DNA of 57,115 nt, from IMG/VR virus record IMGVR_UViG_3300048587_000396, positions 1 to 57,115 of that record. The stretch is one strand, 5' to 3'. Position numbers and translations under genes: made by a program. Shown here piece by piece: positions 47,114 to 56,003 of this stretch (positions within the stretch are counted from its first letter, which is position 1; each line of letters starts with the position of its first letter). Source of the stretch: a virus. Taxonomy: Duplodnaviria > Caudoviricetes. Under the pieces are notes generated by a model. It saw only the letters and a program-made list of their open reading frames with translations. It was not told the origin of the DNA and ran no database searches.

Positions 47114-47692
47114 TTATCTCCTCTTCGGTTTGACGGGCTTGACGACAGCCCGGCGAGCCTGATACAGGTTCAGGTCGTCGACGGGCAGCTTCCCTCCCTT
47201 TCGGATGAGCTCGCGCGCCCATGCCGCATAGGAGGAATGGTGAGCGGTGAGGTCCACCACGACATCCTGGTTCGTAGCCTTGCGGATGCGCCGCGCCAGA
47301 GATTCGGCTGACTCGAGATCGCCTTTCGGGAATTCGATCTGGATGGTGGCTCGGAGGATGTCTTCTCCCCCGTTCTCGTGCATGAAGGCGATGGCGCGCT
47401 CGCGCTTGTCCGGCTCCTTGGGGAGCGAGCCCTGCACGATGTCCTCGATCTTGACCTTGCGATCCTGGCTGACGAACTCCGTCATCTGAAGCTCAGCCAT
47501 CATCGTGGGCAGCTCGCGTTCGGTGATCTCGCGCAGTTCCTCCCTGCGTTTCTTGAGTTCCGTCTCCAGATGGTCGATAGCCGACTCCAGACCCAGAGAT
47601 TTGCGAACGAGGATGCCGAGTTGACCGAGTTTGTTCTCGTCGCGGGACATTCCCTTGACGTCGGCCAGTGGATTGAGAGCGACTTTCGCCAT
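47114..47692 (-). CDS. Phage coiled-coil protein
   Basis: ELPTMMAELQM, F..ENG..DI, HHSSY.AW.RE; CAGGAG RBS. Confidence 0.75.
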   Translation of the reverse strand: MAKVALNPLADVKGMSRDENKLGQLGILVRKSLGLESAIDHLETELKKRREELREITERELPTMMAELQMTEFVSQDRKVKIEDIVQGSLPKEPDKRERAIAFMHENGGEDILRATIQIEFPKGDLESAESLARRIRKATNQDVVVDLTAHHSSYAAWARELIRKGGKLPVDDLNLYQARRAVVKPVKPKRR

Positions 47693-47716
47693 AGACGTCT
47701 CCTGAGCGGGCAGGCA

Positions 47717-47745
47717 AGCCTAGCAGGGCGGGCGCCGCGCGGCAA
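47717..47745 (-). promoter_or_regulatory. sigma70-type promoter
   Basis: TTGCCG-N17-TAGGCT. Confidence 0.7.
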
Positions 47746-48075
47746 TCAGCCTAGATTCTTCACGTAGGCGTCCAAGGCGATCTCCGCTTCGGTCCTCGTG
47801 CGATATGGTCCGTGTCGATTCGACCATGTCTCGTCCCAGAACCAGACCCTGTTCTGGAACAAGTGGATGGGGTCCTTCGGCAGCGAGAGACCCGCCGCCT
47901 CGATGATCGCCTTCGCGGCGTGATACTCCATGAGGATGCGGGCCTTCTGCGACGGGGGCTTTCGCTGCGCCTCCGCCTGCTCCATGCGCGCACACTCGCT
48001 GCGGAATCGCCACATCGCCTTCGCAATGGGATTCCCCTTGTCGATGAACAGCAGGAAGGCTTCGTCTTCGGTCAT
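47746..48075 (-). CDS. Hypothetical protein
   Basis: WFWDETW...GPY.T..EA..AL..Y motif. Confidence 0.7.
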   Translation of the reverse strand: MTEDEAFLLFIDKGNPIAKAMWRFRSECARMEQAEAQRKPPSQKARILMEYHAAKAIIEAAGLSLPKDPIHLFQNRVWFWDETWSNRHGPYRTRTEAEIALDAYVKNLG

Positions 48076-48344
48076 TCGCCGATCTCCCAGACTCGGTGAG
48101 CACGGATCATCTCGTGCTGGCGCTCGGTCAGCCGACAGGCGTGGTCAACGATCACGGCCCTACCGGTCCCGCGGATGCGATATTCCAACTCCTCCGGAAC
48201 GATGGGGTTCAGATCGAGTCTGCCCAGGTGATGAGCCAGATGTCTCGTGTATTCCCTTGCTGCGGTGGTGGGACACACGAAGAATGCGCCTCGCGGAGCG
48301 TCGAGCATCTGCTTCGTCGTTCGGCCGGTGCCGCGGTCGCTCAT
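48072..48344 (-). CDS. Small degenerate P-loop-like protein
   Basis: RGTGRTT at the N-terminus; RG...AVIVDH near the C-terminus. Confidence 0.6.
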   Translation of the reverse strand: MSDRGTGRTTKQMLDAPRGAFFVCPTTAAREYTRHLAHHLGRLDLNPIVPEELEYRIRGTGRAVIVDHACRLTERQHEMIRAHRVWEIGE

Positions 48345-48694
48345 GACCGTGACTCCCAATATCGCCCCTCAGGGCCGCAGTTCATCTCGGCTCGCTGCTC
48401 CAAAGGAGCCGGAGTCAGCGGGGGATAGTCCACCGAGAAGCGGGCATACTGCTGACCTCGAGCGAGGGAGCACGGCATCCGCACGCTTCCGGGAGCCCCC
48501 GTGACCGGGTTCGCCGCGTGAACCGGTCCGCCGTCCATGAAGCTTGGCAGCATGTAGCCCTGGCTCGCCGCCTTAGGAGCTCCCGACAGCACCTTCGGAT
48601 GGATGCAGAGGGCGTTGCCTCCGTCTCGAAAGATGTATCGGTCGATCCAGTGGATCTTGGCCCATCGGCAGGTCATGCAGGATGGTGCTTTCAT
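48341..48694 (-). CDS. Cys-rich hypothetical protein
   Basis: CMTCRW...C.HP...C..AR...CGPEGRYWE. Confidence 0.65.
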   Translation of the reverse strand: MKAPSCMTCRWAKIHWIDRYIFRDGGNALCIHPKVLSGAPKAASQGYMLPSFMDGGPVHAANPVTGAPGSVRMPCSLARGQQYARFSVDYPPLTPAPLEQRAEMNCGPEGRYWESRS

Positions 48695-49002
48695 CGGACG
48701 GCCCTCAGCGGCACCACCGTCGAGCGACGCTGGAGGAGCGCCGCGCGCATGGTCCTGGTGGAGTTGATCGACGGGGGAATCTGGTTGAGGCAGACGCGAT
48801 ACCATGCGTCTCGCATCGCTGCCGACTCGCAGCGGAACGGGCCTCCCTCCATCGTGCCGCACATCCAATACCCTCCGGTGAAGATTGGCGGTTCGCCGAT
48901 CCCCCGCAGTCGGTTCCAGATGGCGATGGTTTCGCGATTGGCGAAGGTGATCTGGACCCGCGAGTGGGTGAGATCCTTCTGAATGGCTTCGGTTAGCTTC
49001 AT
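48691..49002 (-). CDS. Hypothetical protein
   Basis: AGGAGG RBS; GPF..ESAA.RDA motif. Confidence 0.7.
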   Translation of the reverse strand: MKLTEAIQKDLTHSRVQITFANRETIAIWNRLRGIGEPPIFTGGYWMCGTMEGGPFRCESAAMRDAWYRVCLNQIPPSINSTRTMRAALLQRRSTVVPLRAVR

Positions 49003-49031
49003 GCCTTGATTGCCTCCTGAACGGCACCGCC

Positions 49032-49060
49032 AGCCTAGCGCGGCCGCGCTCGTTGAGCAA
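49032..49060 (-). promoter_or_regulatory. sigma70-type promoter
   Basis: TTGCTC-N17-TAGGCT. Confidence 0.7.
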
Positions 49061-49193
49061 GCTGTTGATTCAGGAGAGCTTCGGCGATGCGGAGTGCGGC
49101 TCGGCCAGCCGGGCTCAACATCGATGTCCCTGGAGCCACGGGAACGCTGACTTCGATGCCAGTCTCCTCGTCACGGATGGTGAGGGTGTCCAT
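49035..49193 (-). CDS. Small hypothetical protein
   Basis: MDTLTIRDEETG...; TGATG coupling with the upstream frame. Confidence 0.5.
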   Translation of the reverse strand: MDTLTIRDEETGIEVSVPVAPGTSMLSPAGRAALRIAEALLNQQLAQRARPR

Positions 49194-49460
49194 CACGGAT
49201 GCTCGTAAAGATGCCAGACGAAACCGGTCCACCAGGATGGTCGCGCGATGCTCCAGACCGCTCTCGATCGTCCATCCGGTGCCGACGATGGAGAAAGTCC
49301 GCATGACCGACGGCTCGGTTCCCGACTCCACCTCCATCCAGATGAACAGATCGCTGCCCTGCTGGTCGAAGTGAATGAACTTCGAGTTCGCCGTCACGTG
49401 GCACCTGACGAGATTGCCAGTCGTGGGGTTCGCCAGGAACTTGTAGAAGGTGCGGCTCAT
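49193..49460 (-). pseudogene. Small beta-rich phage protein with an apparent +1 indel near its 3' end
   Basis: YKF...Q...IW..V...RTF.IVGTG..I...T continues as GFVWHLYEHP* only after removing one base near 49226. Confidence 0.55.
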
Positions 49461-49819
49461 GGCTTCTTGATCTCCTCGATCCACGCCAGAACGGCGGCGA
49501 TGTGCTGTTCGTTGATGATGCGGCACCGAACATCGTAGCCGGTTCGGTAGAACTTGGAGCGAGGGCCGGGCCACCGCGTTCGTTGCTCCAGCTCCCGCAG
49601 ATAGGCCACGAGCTCGCTGGGCCAGCCGAGCCACTCCTGCATGAAGCGACGGAAGTGGACCGTGCCCTTCGAGTGGAGGGCCTTGATCAGCGTTCGTCGA
49701 TCCGGCTTCGGGCGCTCGCCGAAGACATGGATCGTGTATTCGATGGAGCTTCGGCAGATGATGTCCCTGCGCGCCATGTCGTTCAGGATGGTCGGCAGAT
49801 GCAGCGGGGGAACACTCAT
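49457..49819 (-). CDS. Hypothetical protein
   Basis: GGAG RBS with ATGA coupling; flanked by 20-bp direct repeats. Confidence 0.6.
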   Translation of the reverse strand: MSVPPLHLPTILNDMARRDIICRSSIEYTIHVFGERPKPDRRTLIKALHSKGTVHFRRFMQEWLGWPSELVAYLRELEQRTRWPGPRSKFYRTGYDVRCRIINEQHIAAVLAWIEEIKKP

Positions 49820-50007
49820 GGCTTCTTGATCTCCGGTTCGGGTTTCTCGGGCTTCCATCCACGATTGCCGTCGGGAACGTGGAACACGTCGCGGCTCGTG
49901 TCGCCGGTGTTGCGGATCTCCCCCGTCGTGAAGAAGCTGCAGTCGCAGCATCCCCACGCGAGGTTGTCATCCCAGAGCCGATGGCTCCCGCACTTCGGGC
50001 AGGGCAT
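49816..50007 (-). CDS. Zinc-ribbon protein
   Basis: CPKCGS.....CCDC. Confidence 0.6.
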   Translation of the reverse strand: MPCPKCGSHRLWDDNLAWGCCDCSFFTTGEIRNTGDTSRDVFHVPDGNRGWKPEKPEPEIKKP

Positions 50008-50495
50008 CAGCCAGCCGGATTCAGGCTGACGTCGAGCTCGCGCTTCTGCGCCTCCGGCGTGAACAGCACGGGGGACAGCTCCTTGAACGAGTTCTTGCCC
50101 CCGAAGTCGTTGCGGTAGATCATGAACCGCGCGAACTGGCTCGGGCGGCAGACGACGATCACCACCTCGCCCATCGGGCTGGACGGGAACGGCGCGCCGA
50201 AAGCCTTGTAGAAGGCGTCGCGCGTGGGTTGATCCAGGCCGTAGGGCTGGAGGTTGAACCGCACGCGATCACGGGGCATGGACATGTGGGCGAGTATCCT
50301 TGCTTCGATTGAGGAGTAGTCGGCGTGAATCAGCGGGTCATCGATGATGACTGCGCTGGGAGTGAGGCCCTGCCATCCGGCTGAGGCGGACTCGTAGTCA
50401 ACGTAGACCACTCGGCCGGTCGGGCTCGGGCCATACATCGCGGCGAAGTTACGACGCTTCGCAGCGTGGTATCGCCAGTTCTTGGCTCGGCTCAT
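50007..50495 (-). CDS. Hypothetical mosaic protein with PolA- and terminase-like motif snippets
   Basis: SPTGR, VDYES, GLTPSAVIIDDP, ADYSSIEARILAH; AAGGA RBS. Confidence 0.65.
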   Translation of the reverse strand: MSRAKNWRYHAAKRRNFAAMYGPSPTGRVVYVDYESASAGWQGLTPSAVIIDDPLIHADYSSIEARILAHMSMPRDRVRFNLQPYGLDQPTRDAFYKAFGAPFPSSPMGEVVIVVCRPSQFARFMIYRNDFGGKNSFKELSPVLFTPEAQKRELDVSLNPAG

Positions 50496-50791
50496 TCGAT
50501 GGTCTTCCTTGCGTCGCCGCAGAGCGGGCACTTGAGGGTGATGTTCCGACGATTGACGGAGACGGTCCCCCGGCAGTCGTGGGCGTCGCCTCGCTGTTCG
50601 CAATGAACCTCGAGGAACTTCTTGTAGATCTCGGCCTCCCTGCCCTCCACCCTCGTGGGGACGTGGCAGGCATTGACCTCGCGCTTGACCTTCACTGGCT
50701 CCTCCAGGAACAGGGTTGAATCGGGGTCACGCATGAATCTCGCCCAGAAGCGGGATTGCAGGGCCAGCCAATCACTTCGTGTCCGGATCAT
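50492..50791 (-). CDS. Zinc-binding hypothetical protein
   Basis: HC...HDC...CPLCG; GAGGA RBS. Confidence 0.55.
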   Translation of the reverse strand: MIRTRSDWLALQSRFWARFMRDPDSTLFLEEPVKVKREVNACHVPTRVEGREAEIYKKFLEVHCEQRGDAHDCRGTVSVNRRNITLKCPLCGDARKTIE

Positions 50792-51281
50792 GGGCCTTCC
50801 TCTGATCTGGTCGCGGGCCGGTCGCCACCAGACGGCTGCCTCCCTTCGGGACCCTGGCCCTCTGCATCTTGGCGGCCTTGATCTTCCCACGCTCGCTCGC
50901 GTTGTGCTTCGTCGAGGCATTCGCATTGTCATGCGGGGACTTGATGCGCTCGAAAGTCACACGGCAGTCGACAATGGCCGCGAACATGGACGGAAGCATT
51001 CTTCGAGCCTCCTTCTCGGCTTCTGGATTGCTCTCCTGAAGGGCGATGAGCTCGTCTCGATAGCGATCCCCGTGACCCATTCTAGAAAGGAACGCTTCGG
51101 GAGTGGGCCTCTTTCCGCAAGTCGTTCTGACGTGCGGAAACTTCTTCCACATGACTCGAGCTGCGTCAATCAGTCGAGCTCCGGACATGCCGACCCGACC
51201 CAAGGCGATCCTCAACGCTGGATATTGTCCTACCCAATCCACCAGAGGGCGAGCGTCGGACTCAGCGGCTATCTTCATCAT
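50772..51281 (-). CDS. Basic hypothetical protein
   Basis: ORF fills the operon gap with overlapping starts and stops. Confidence 0.6.
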   Translation of the reverse strand: MMKIAAESDARPLVDWVGQYPALRIALGRVGMSGARLIDAARVMWKKFPHVRTTCGKRPTPEAFLSRMGHGDRYRDELIALQESNPEAEKEARRMLPSMFAAIVDCRVTFERIKSPHDNANASTKHNASERGKIKAAKMQRARVPKGGSRLVATGPRPDQRKAHDPDTK

Positions 51282-51444
51282 GATTCCACTCTCCGCACCA
51301 GTCGTTCGGGCTCACCAGCGGCCAGAAGGTCTTGCTGTAGATCTCGGCGGCCGTGACCACGGTCGGGGGATATCGCCGGCACTCGAACTTGTCGATCACC
51401 AGCATTCCCTCGCGCCTGTGGATGCAGGTCCGGCACTCCCTCAC
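51262..51444 (-). CDS. Cys-rich small protein
   Basis: CRTC...ECRRYPP...WPLV..NDWCGEW; GTGA coupling. Confidence 0.7.
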   Translation of the reverse strand: MRECRTCIHRREGMLVIDKFECRRYPPTVVTAAEIYSKTFWPLVSPNDWCGEWNHDEDSR

Positions 51445-52631
51445 AGGACCACCAGAGTGTTCTGCGATCTCGTGACCGCCGTGTAGAGCCATTGCCTCAC
51501 CTCCCTCTCGGGCATGACCCGCTTCATGCCCGCTCGTTGATCCACGACAACGACGTGCTTCCACTCGTTGCCCTGCGCTCGGTGCGCCGTGATGCAGTAA
51601 CCGAACGAGAACAGGTTCTGCCCGTCCGTATCTCGCGGCACCTTCGACGTCACCATCTGAAAGTCCTCGACCTCGACCATCTGGCCGAATTCATTACGGA
51701 CCAGCAGCGAGGGCTCCGTCGCAACGACGGTGACGATCTCGTTGTTGAGCAAGTCCCCCGCGTTCGAGCGGGAGATCAGACGTTCGCCGACCTGCGGATC
51801 CTCGCCAACGTAGCCGAGTTTCGAACGAATACGGTCGTTCCACTCGTCAACAGTGTCGTTTCGCCACGCTACGATCATTGCGTCGCCGGTCGCTATGAGC
51901 ATTCCCAGACGCTCGCCATCGACCGATTTCCGCCGGAACGGCTTCAAGTCGAACTCGTCCGAGGTCCTGATTTCCTGCGCGAGCTGCAGAATTGGCCCAT
52001 CGTGGCGATGGACATGCGTGAGGGTCACGGTGGGCTCGTAGTCGGAGTAGATGTTGCGACCCTTGACCGGGGGAAGCTGGAACTCGTCGCCGACCATCAC
52101 GATGAGGCGTCCATCGCGGCGCATCTCTTCGAAATATCCCGTGGTGACCATGGAGGATTCGTCCATGACAGCGACGGGACGGATGAACCGATCTCGCTTA
52201 TCCTGGAGCGCTCCCCGCAGGTCATCGCCCTCAAACTCGCTGATGTGCGTGAATCCCAGCTTGCGCTTTTCCTTCAGCGAGTCGCGCTTCGCCCGGACGG
52301 TCGCTATCTTGTCGACATTCTGGGGGCGTTCCGCCAGGGCTTCCTGGAGCTCGTCGTCCAACTCGCGGAACCGCTTCGTGTATTCCGATCGCGAGACGAA
52401 TTCCCCCCGGTAGAAGGTCATTGCCTCGTCGATCCCCTTCGACTGGAGGCGCCTCGCGGCAGCATTCGTGGGAGCATAGACCACCGCGTCAGTCCCGAGG
52501 CGACGCTTGAGCTCAGAGATTGTCGTGGTCTTGCCCGTCCCTGCCTGACCGTCGATGATGACCAGCCCCCGTCCCTGCTCGCGCGCTCGCAGAACAGTGG
52601 TGATGGCCTCCTCTTGACTGTCACTGAGCAC
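51441..52631 (-). CDS. SF1B (RecD/Dda-like) DNA helicase
   Basis: GQAGTGKTT, APTNAAA, MDESSM, VGDEFQLPPV, GYCITAHRAQGNEW, LYTAVTR. Confidence 0.93.
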   Translation of the reverse strand: MLSDSQEEAITTVLRAREQGRGLVIIDGQAGTGKTTTISELKRRLGTDAVVYAPTNAAARRLQSKGIDEAMTFYRGEFVSRSEYTKRFRELDDELQEALAERPQNVDKIATVRAKRDSLKEKRKLGFTHISEFEGDDLRGALQDKRDRFIRPVAVMDESSMVTTGYFEEMRRDGRLIVMVGDEFQLPPVKGRNIYSDYEPTVTLTHVHRHDGPILQLAQEIRTSDEFDLKPFRRKSVDGERLGMLIATGDAMIVAWRNDTVDEWNDRIRSKLGYVGEDPQVGERLISRSNAGDLLNNEIVTVVATEPSLLVRNEFGQMVEVEDFQMVTSKVPRDTDGQNLFSFGYCITAHRAQGNEWKHVVVVDQRAGMKRVMPEREVRQWLYTAVTRSQNTLVVL

Positions 52632-53076
52632 TGACCTTCCTCCCTGCGAGCACGAACGCGAAGGGCTCACGTTTGAGGTTGATACCCGCGTGGCAGAAGT
52701 AGAAGCGGCCAGGAACGGGTTCGGCCTTGAGCGCCAGCATGAGGACGCGAGTGGCCTCCTCGAAGGCCTCCTGCGTCGCTCGGTGTTCCGGTCCCATGAG
52801 GTCCATCAGTGCGATGATGTTCGCGGTGAAGATCGGGAGCACCTTCCGCGCCTCGTCCTCAGATATGGGCGCCGTGCTCGCAACAGCCTGATTACGCGCG
52901 AGGCCCTCGTTGTCCGCGCCGCAGATCATGAGACCGCTCCTCGTGGAGAAGGCGACGAGGCTGAGGCCCGGCAGACGAGGCTGACGCTGGATCTCGTCGA
53001 TGGCATTTCGCATTCGGTCGAGCTCCACTCCAGAGACCTCACCGATAAGCGTGTCGATTTCGCTGTTGACGTCCAT
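52621..53076 (-). CDS. Hypothetical protein
   Basis: CAGGAG RBS before ATG at 53076. Confidence 0.65.
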   Translation of the reverse strand: MDVNSEIDTLIGEVSGVELDRMRNAIDEIQRQPRLPGLSLVAFSTRSGLMICGADNEGLARNQAVASTAPISEDEARKVLPIFTANIIALMDLMGPEHRATQEAFEEATRVLMLALKAEPVPGRFYFCHAGINLKREPFAFVLAGRKVSAQ

Positions 53077-53194
53077 GTAATGCTCCTGAACAAGCGGCGC
53101 CATGCTGCGCCCATTACTTGCTCGTGGCAAGCCTTTTACTTCATCACTACATATTGTGTCAGTGAAATGCGGTCGCACGCAAGGTATAGCGCGC

Positions 53195-53223
53195 TTGCGC
53201 TGGCGCGCCGTTGCGCCTAGCGT
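53195..53223 (+). promoter_or_regulatory. sigma70-type promoter for primase operon
   Basis: TTGCGC-N17-TAGCGT. Confidence 0.6.
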
Positions 53224-53228
53224 AAAAG

Positions 53229-54302
53229 GTGGCCCGGAAGCACGATGCCTCCGGGCCGAGTTGCTCTTTGTTCAGGAGACCGCTCGATGGAGCGGGCAGG
53301 GCTCGCGCCGTGCCGCAGCACCGTAGCAGGGCGCGGTCTCTTGAGCAAGCGTGGCATGGCTCAGGGGGAATCGTGGCGATGGGGGAAGTTCCGTGGTCTG
53401 TTGATGCGCCGTCAAGCATCGCGGAGTATGCCCCCGCGCTCGTTCCCATTCTACTTCGCAAATATCCAGCAATGCGGCCCGACTCGGCGAAGTGGGACGA
53501 GTTCCTGCGTGAGGTCGCCCGAAGGTGTCAGACGACAACACGAGAGGTCAACGTCCAAGCCCTCCGCTGGATCCAGATGAACGAGACCGAGAAGCGGCCG
53601 AAAGGCGACTACGACAGCCTCGGCTACTATCTCCTTCCGTCCGTCACGCAGATCAGGGCGAAGTGGACGCGATTAGAGGAAGGTCCTCGACCTTACCTCC
53701 AGTCTCGCTGCCTCTGGCCGCTCCTCCCTCAAGAGAAGGCGGTGGTGAAGTCCTGGTCCGACCTCGGCTACGGATATTCCATCGATAAGGGAGGAGGGCG
53801 CAAGGTTCCCGTGCAGTTCACTCGCAACTCGTTGATCGTGTGCATCAGCGATGGACGATCGTTGGTCGGCTTTCAGGCGCTCGCGCTCAGCTCGAACTGG
53901 ACGTGGGCCGAGACGGTCGGCGGGGGAACTAAGGACGTCAAGATCCGCTCGACGCTCCTCGAGGGAGGCCGGATGAGCGAGCATGCGGCGGTGAGGTTGT
54001 CGGCGCCGACTAGAACGGGAGTTCTAGCCGTAGCCGAAGGTGTCGAGACCGCCATGTCCTACACTCGTCTGACCGGGACGCCATGCTGGGCGAGGCTGGG
54101 CGGAAAGAACCTTGGGACCTTCACGCCTCCCCCTGGAGTGCGGAAGCTCATTCACGTTCACGATGGAGACGACGAAGCTGACCGAGCGTATGAGCGGCTC
54201 AAGCGTCGTCTGATGGGGAGGATAGAAGTGGTGTTTCACCGAGACGAGGACGGGGATATGAACGATCGGCTTGTCAGGGAGACCTCCCGTGGCGAAGGTT
54301 GA
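53229..54302 (+). CDS. Toprim-domain DNA primase
   Basis: YLQSRC, AVRL, LAVAEGVETAMS, HDGD...DMND; start uncertain (53229 or 53379). Confidence 0.75.
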   Translation: MARKHDASGPSCSLFRRPLDGAGRARAVPQHRSRARSLEQAWHGSGGIVAMGEVPWSVDAPSSIAEYAPALVPILLRKYPAMRPDSAKWDEFLREVARRCQTTTREVNVQALRWIQMNETEKRPKGDYDSLGYYLLPSVTQIRAKWTRLEEGPRPYLQSRCLWPLLPQEKAVVKSWSDLGYGYSIDKGGGRKVPVQFTRNSLIVCISDGRSLVGFQALALSSNWTWAETVGGGTKDVKIRSTLLEGGRMSEHAAVRLSAPTRTGVLAVAEGVETAMSYTRLTGTPCWARLGGKNLGTFTPPPGVRKLIHVHDGDDEADRAYERLKRRLMGRIEVVFHRDEDGDMNDRLVRETSRGEG

Positions 54303-55863
54303 GTTTGAGGACCAATCCAGCAAGGACTGTCCACTGTCGCCACTCGTCGAAGAGAACGTTGAGGCGATGCGGGCTCACATGACATCTGCGGATGACATCT
54401 TCCGACAGGGTGAGTTTCTGGTGCGAGTATATCAGTCACCTGAGACGGGTGAGTTCGAGATCGTGCGCATCACGCCCAATCTACTGCGAGTCTACGCGGC
54501 ACGACACATCCACTTCTACGTGGTCAAGAAGAGCGAGCGGATACGAGTGTCGGTCCCCATTGATGCAGCACGAGCCTATCTCGACGCTCCGGGGGACACT
54601 CCTCATAAGACATTCGGTGGGCTGACGAACTCCCCGATCATCGATCATCGTTCCGGCAAGGTGGTGTCGAAACAGGGCTACGACATTCGCTCGCGGCTCT
54701 ACGTTGACTCCCCCGCCGTTGAAATCCCCGACAAGCCCACGAAGGTCCAAGCGAAGGAGGCCCTGCTCAAGCTGCGTCACGCCTTCCGCACGCTGCCCTA
54801 TGCTGATAGTGAGCGGTGCAGTGACGAGGACGGGAATAACAGCGTGCGACTGGATCTCGACCCCGGAGACGACGAAAGCTCGTTCCTCATCGGAGGTGTT
54901 CTGTCAGCGGTGGCCCGAGCCTCGGTGCCGCTGTCACCTCTGCTGGTGCTGGATGCACCGTCGAGCTCAGGCTCCGGTGTCGGCAAGGGATTAGCGACTC
55001 ACGCGTGTTCAGTGCTCTCGCAAGGACGGAAGGCTCTGCCCATCACGTTCGGCGATACTCAGGAGGAGTTCGACAAGCGGCTGACTGCCACGGTGATGTC
55101 TGGCGCTCCCACGCTCATGCTGGATAACTTCAACGCTCGACACCTCGGCGGCTCCACGCTGAACTCGTTGCTGACTGAATCGCCGTCACGCATCCGTCCT
55201 CTCGGTTCGTCCAACATGATCGACATTCACCACCGGATGTGGGCGTGCGCGAACGGCACCGGAATCCGCATCAGGGAGGACTTGGCGCGAAGGTCTGTTC
55301 TCTGCACGCTCGACTCCCATGTTGAGCATCCAGAGGGACGGAAGTTCACGTTCAACCTCCTGCATGAGATCGCGGAGAGGCGCGCGGAGCTGCTGAGCGC
55401 AGCCTTCCTGATACTTCGCTGGGGAGTGCAGAATCCGTGTCCCCCTGGCGATTCGCTCGGCTCCTTCGAGGTGTGGTCCCGTCTGGTCCGGGATCCTCTC
55501 ATCGCTCTGGGCTGTCGAGATCCAGCAAAGCTCAGGGCGAAAATCAAGGAACAGGACCCCGAGCGTGAGATGTGGACCGAGATCCTCGAGCTCTGGTGGC
55601 AGCATCACAAGAACGCAGCCGTCTGTTTCAGCAGGCACGAGAAGGGATACACCATGATGCATCCCGAGTTGAGGCACATGCTCTACGAGGCATTGACGCC
55701 GAAAATGGACCCTGACTCGTTGGTCGCCAAGCGAACACTCGGTCGAATACTCGGTGGAAAGAACCGCATGATGTTGAATGACTATCGGCTGTCCGTGATC
55801 CCGCGCAAGAACAGCAGGGCTCAGGCTGAGTATCGCATCGAGCAAGTCGCGGCCAAATCCTAG
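54289..55863 (+). CDS. Primase-associated replicative helicase (SF3-like P-loop ATPase)
   Basis: SGSGVGKG Walker A, LMLDN Walker B, RPLGSS, ANG...DLARR; likely GTG start at 54289. Confidence 0.75.
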   Translation: MAKVEFEDQSSKDCPLSPLVEENVEAMRAHMTSADDIFRQGEFLVRVYQSPETGEFEIVRITPNLLRVYAARHIHFYVVKKSERIRVSVPIDAARAYLDAPGDTPHKTFGGLTNSPIIDHRSGKVVSKQGYDIRSRLYVDSPAVEIPDKPTKVQAKEALLKLRHAFRTLPYADSERCSDEDGNNSVRLDLDPGDDESSFLIGGVLSAVARASVPLSPLLVLDAPSSSGSGVGKGLATHACSVLSQGRKALPITFGDTQEEFDKRLTATVMSGAPTLMLDNFNARHLGGSTLNSLLTESPSRIRPLGSSNMIDIHHRMWACANGTGIRIREDLARRSVLCTLDSHVEHPEGRKFTFNLLHEIAERRAELLSAAFLILRWGVQNPCPPGDSLGSFEVWSRLVRDPLIALGCRDPAKLRAKIKEQDPEREMWTEILELWWQHHKNAAVCFSRHEKGYTMMHPELRHMLYEALTPKMDPDSLVAKRTLGRILGGKNRMMLNDYRLSVIPRKNSRAQAEYRIEQVAAKS

Positions 55864-55868
55864 GGCGT

Positions 55869-56003
55869 TGTGGCAACAGTGGCATGAGTGGCATCTCGAT
55901 ACCCCACTACAGACCATAGAACGAATACACACCATCCTTGCAACAATTCAGTTCGCGCTCTAAAGGGGTTATGGCTGTTGCCACTCATGCCACTGTTGCC
56001 ACA
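55869..56003. repeat. 25-bp perfect inverted repeat of 9-bp iterons; candidate replication origin
   Basis: tgtggcaacagtggcatgagtggca (55869-55893) and its exact reverse complement (55979-56003) around an AT-richer core. Confidence 0.75.
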
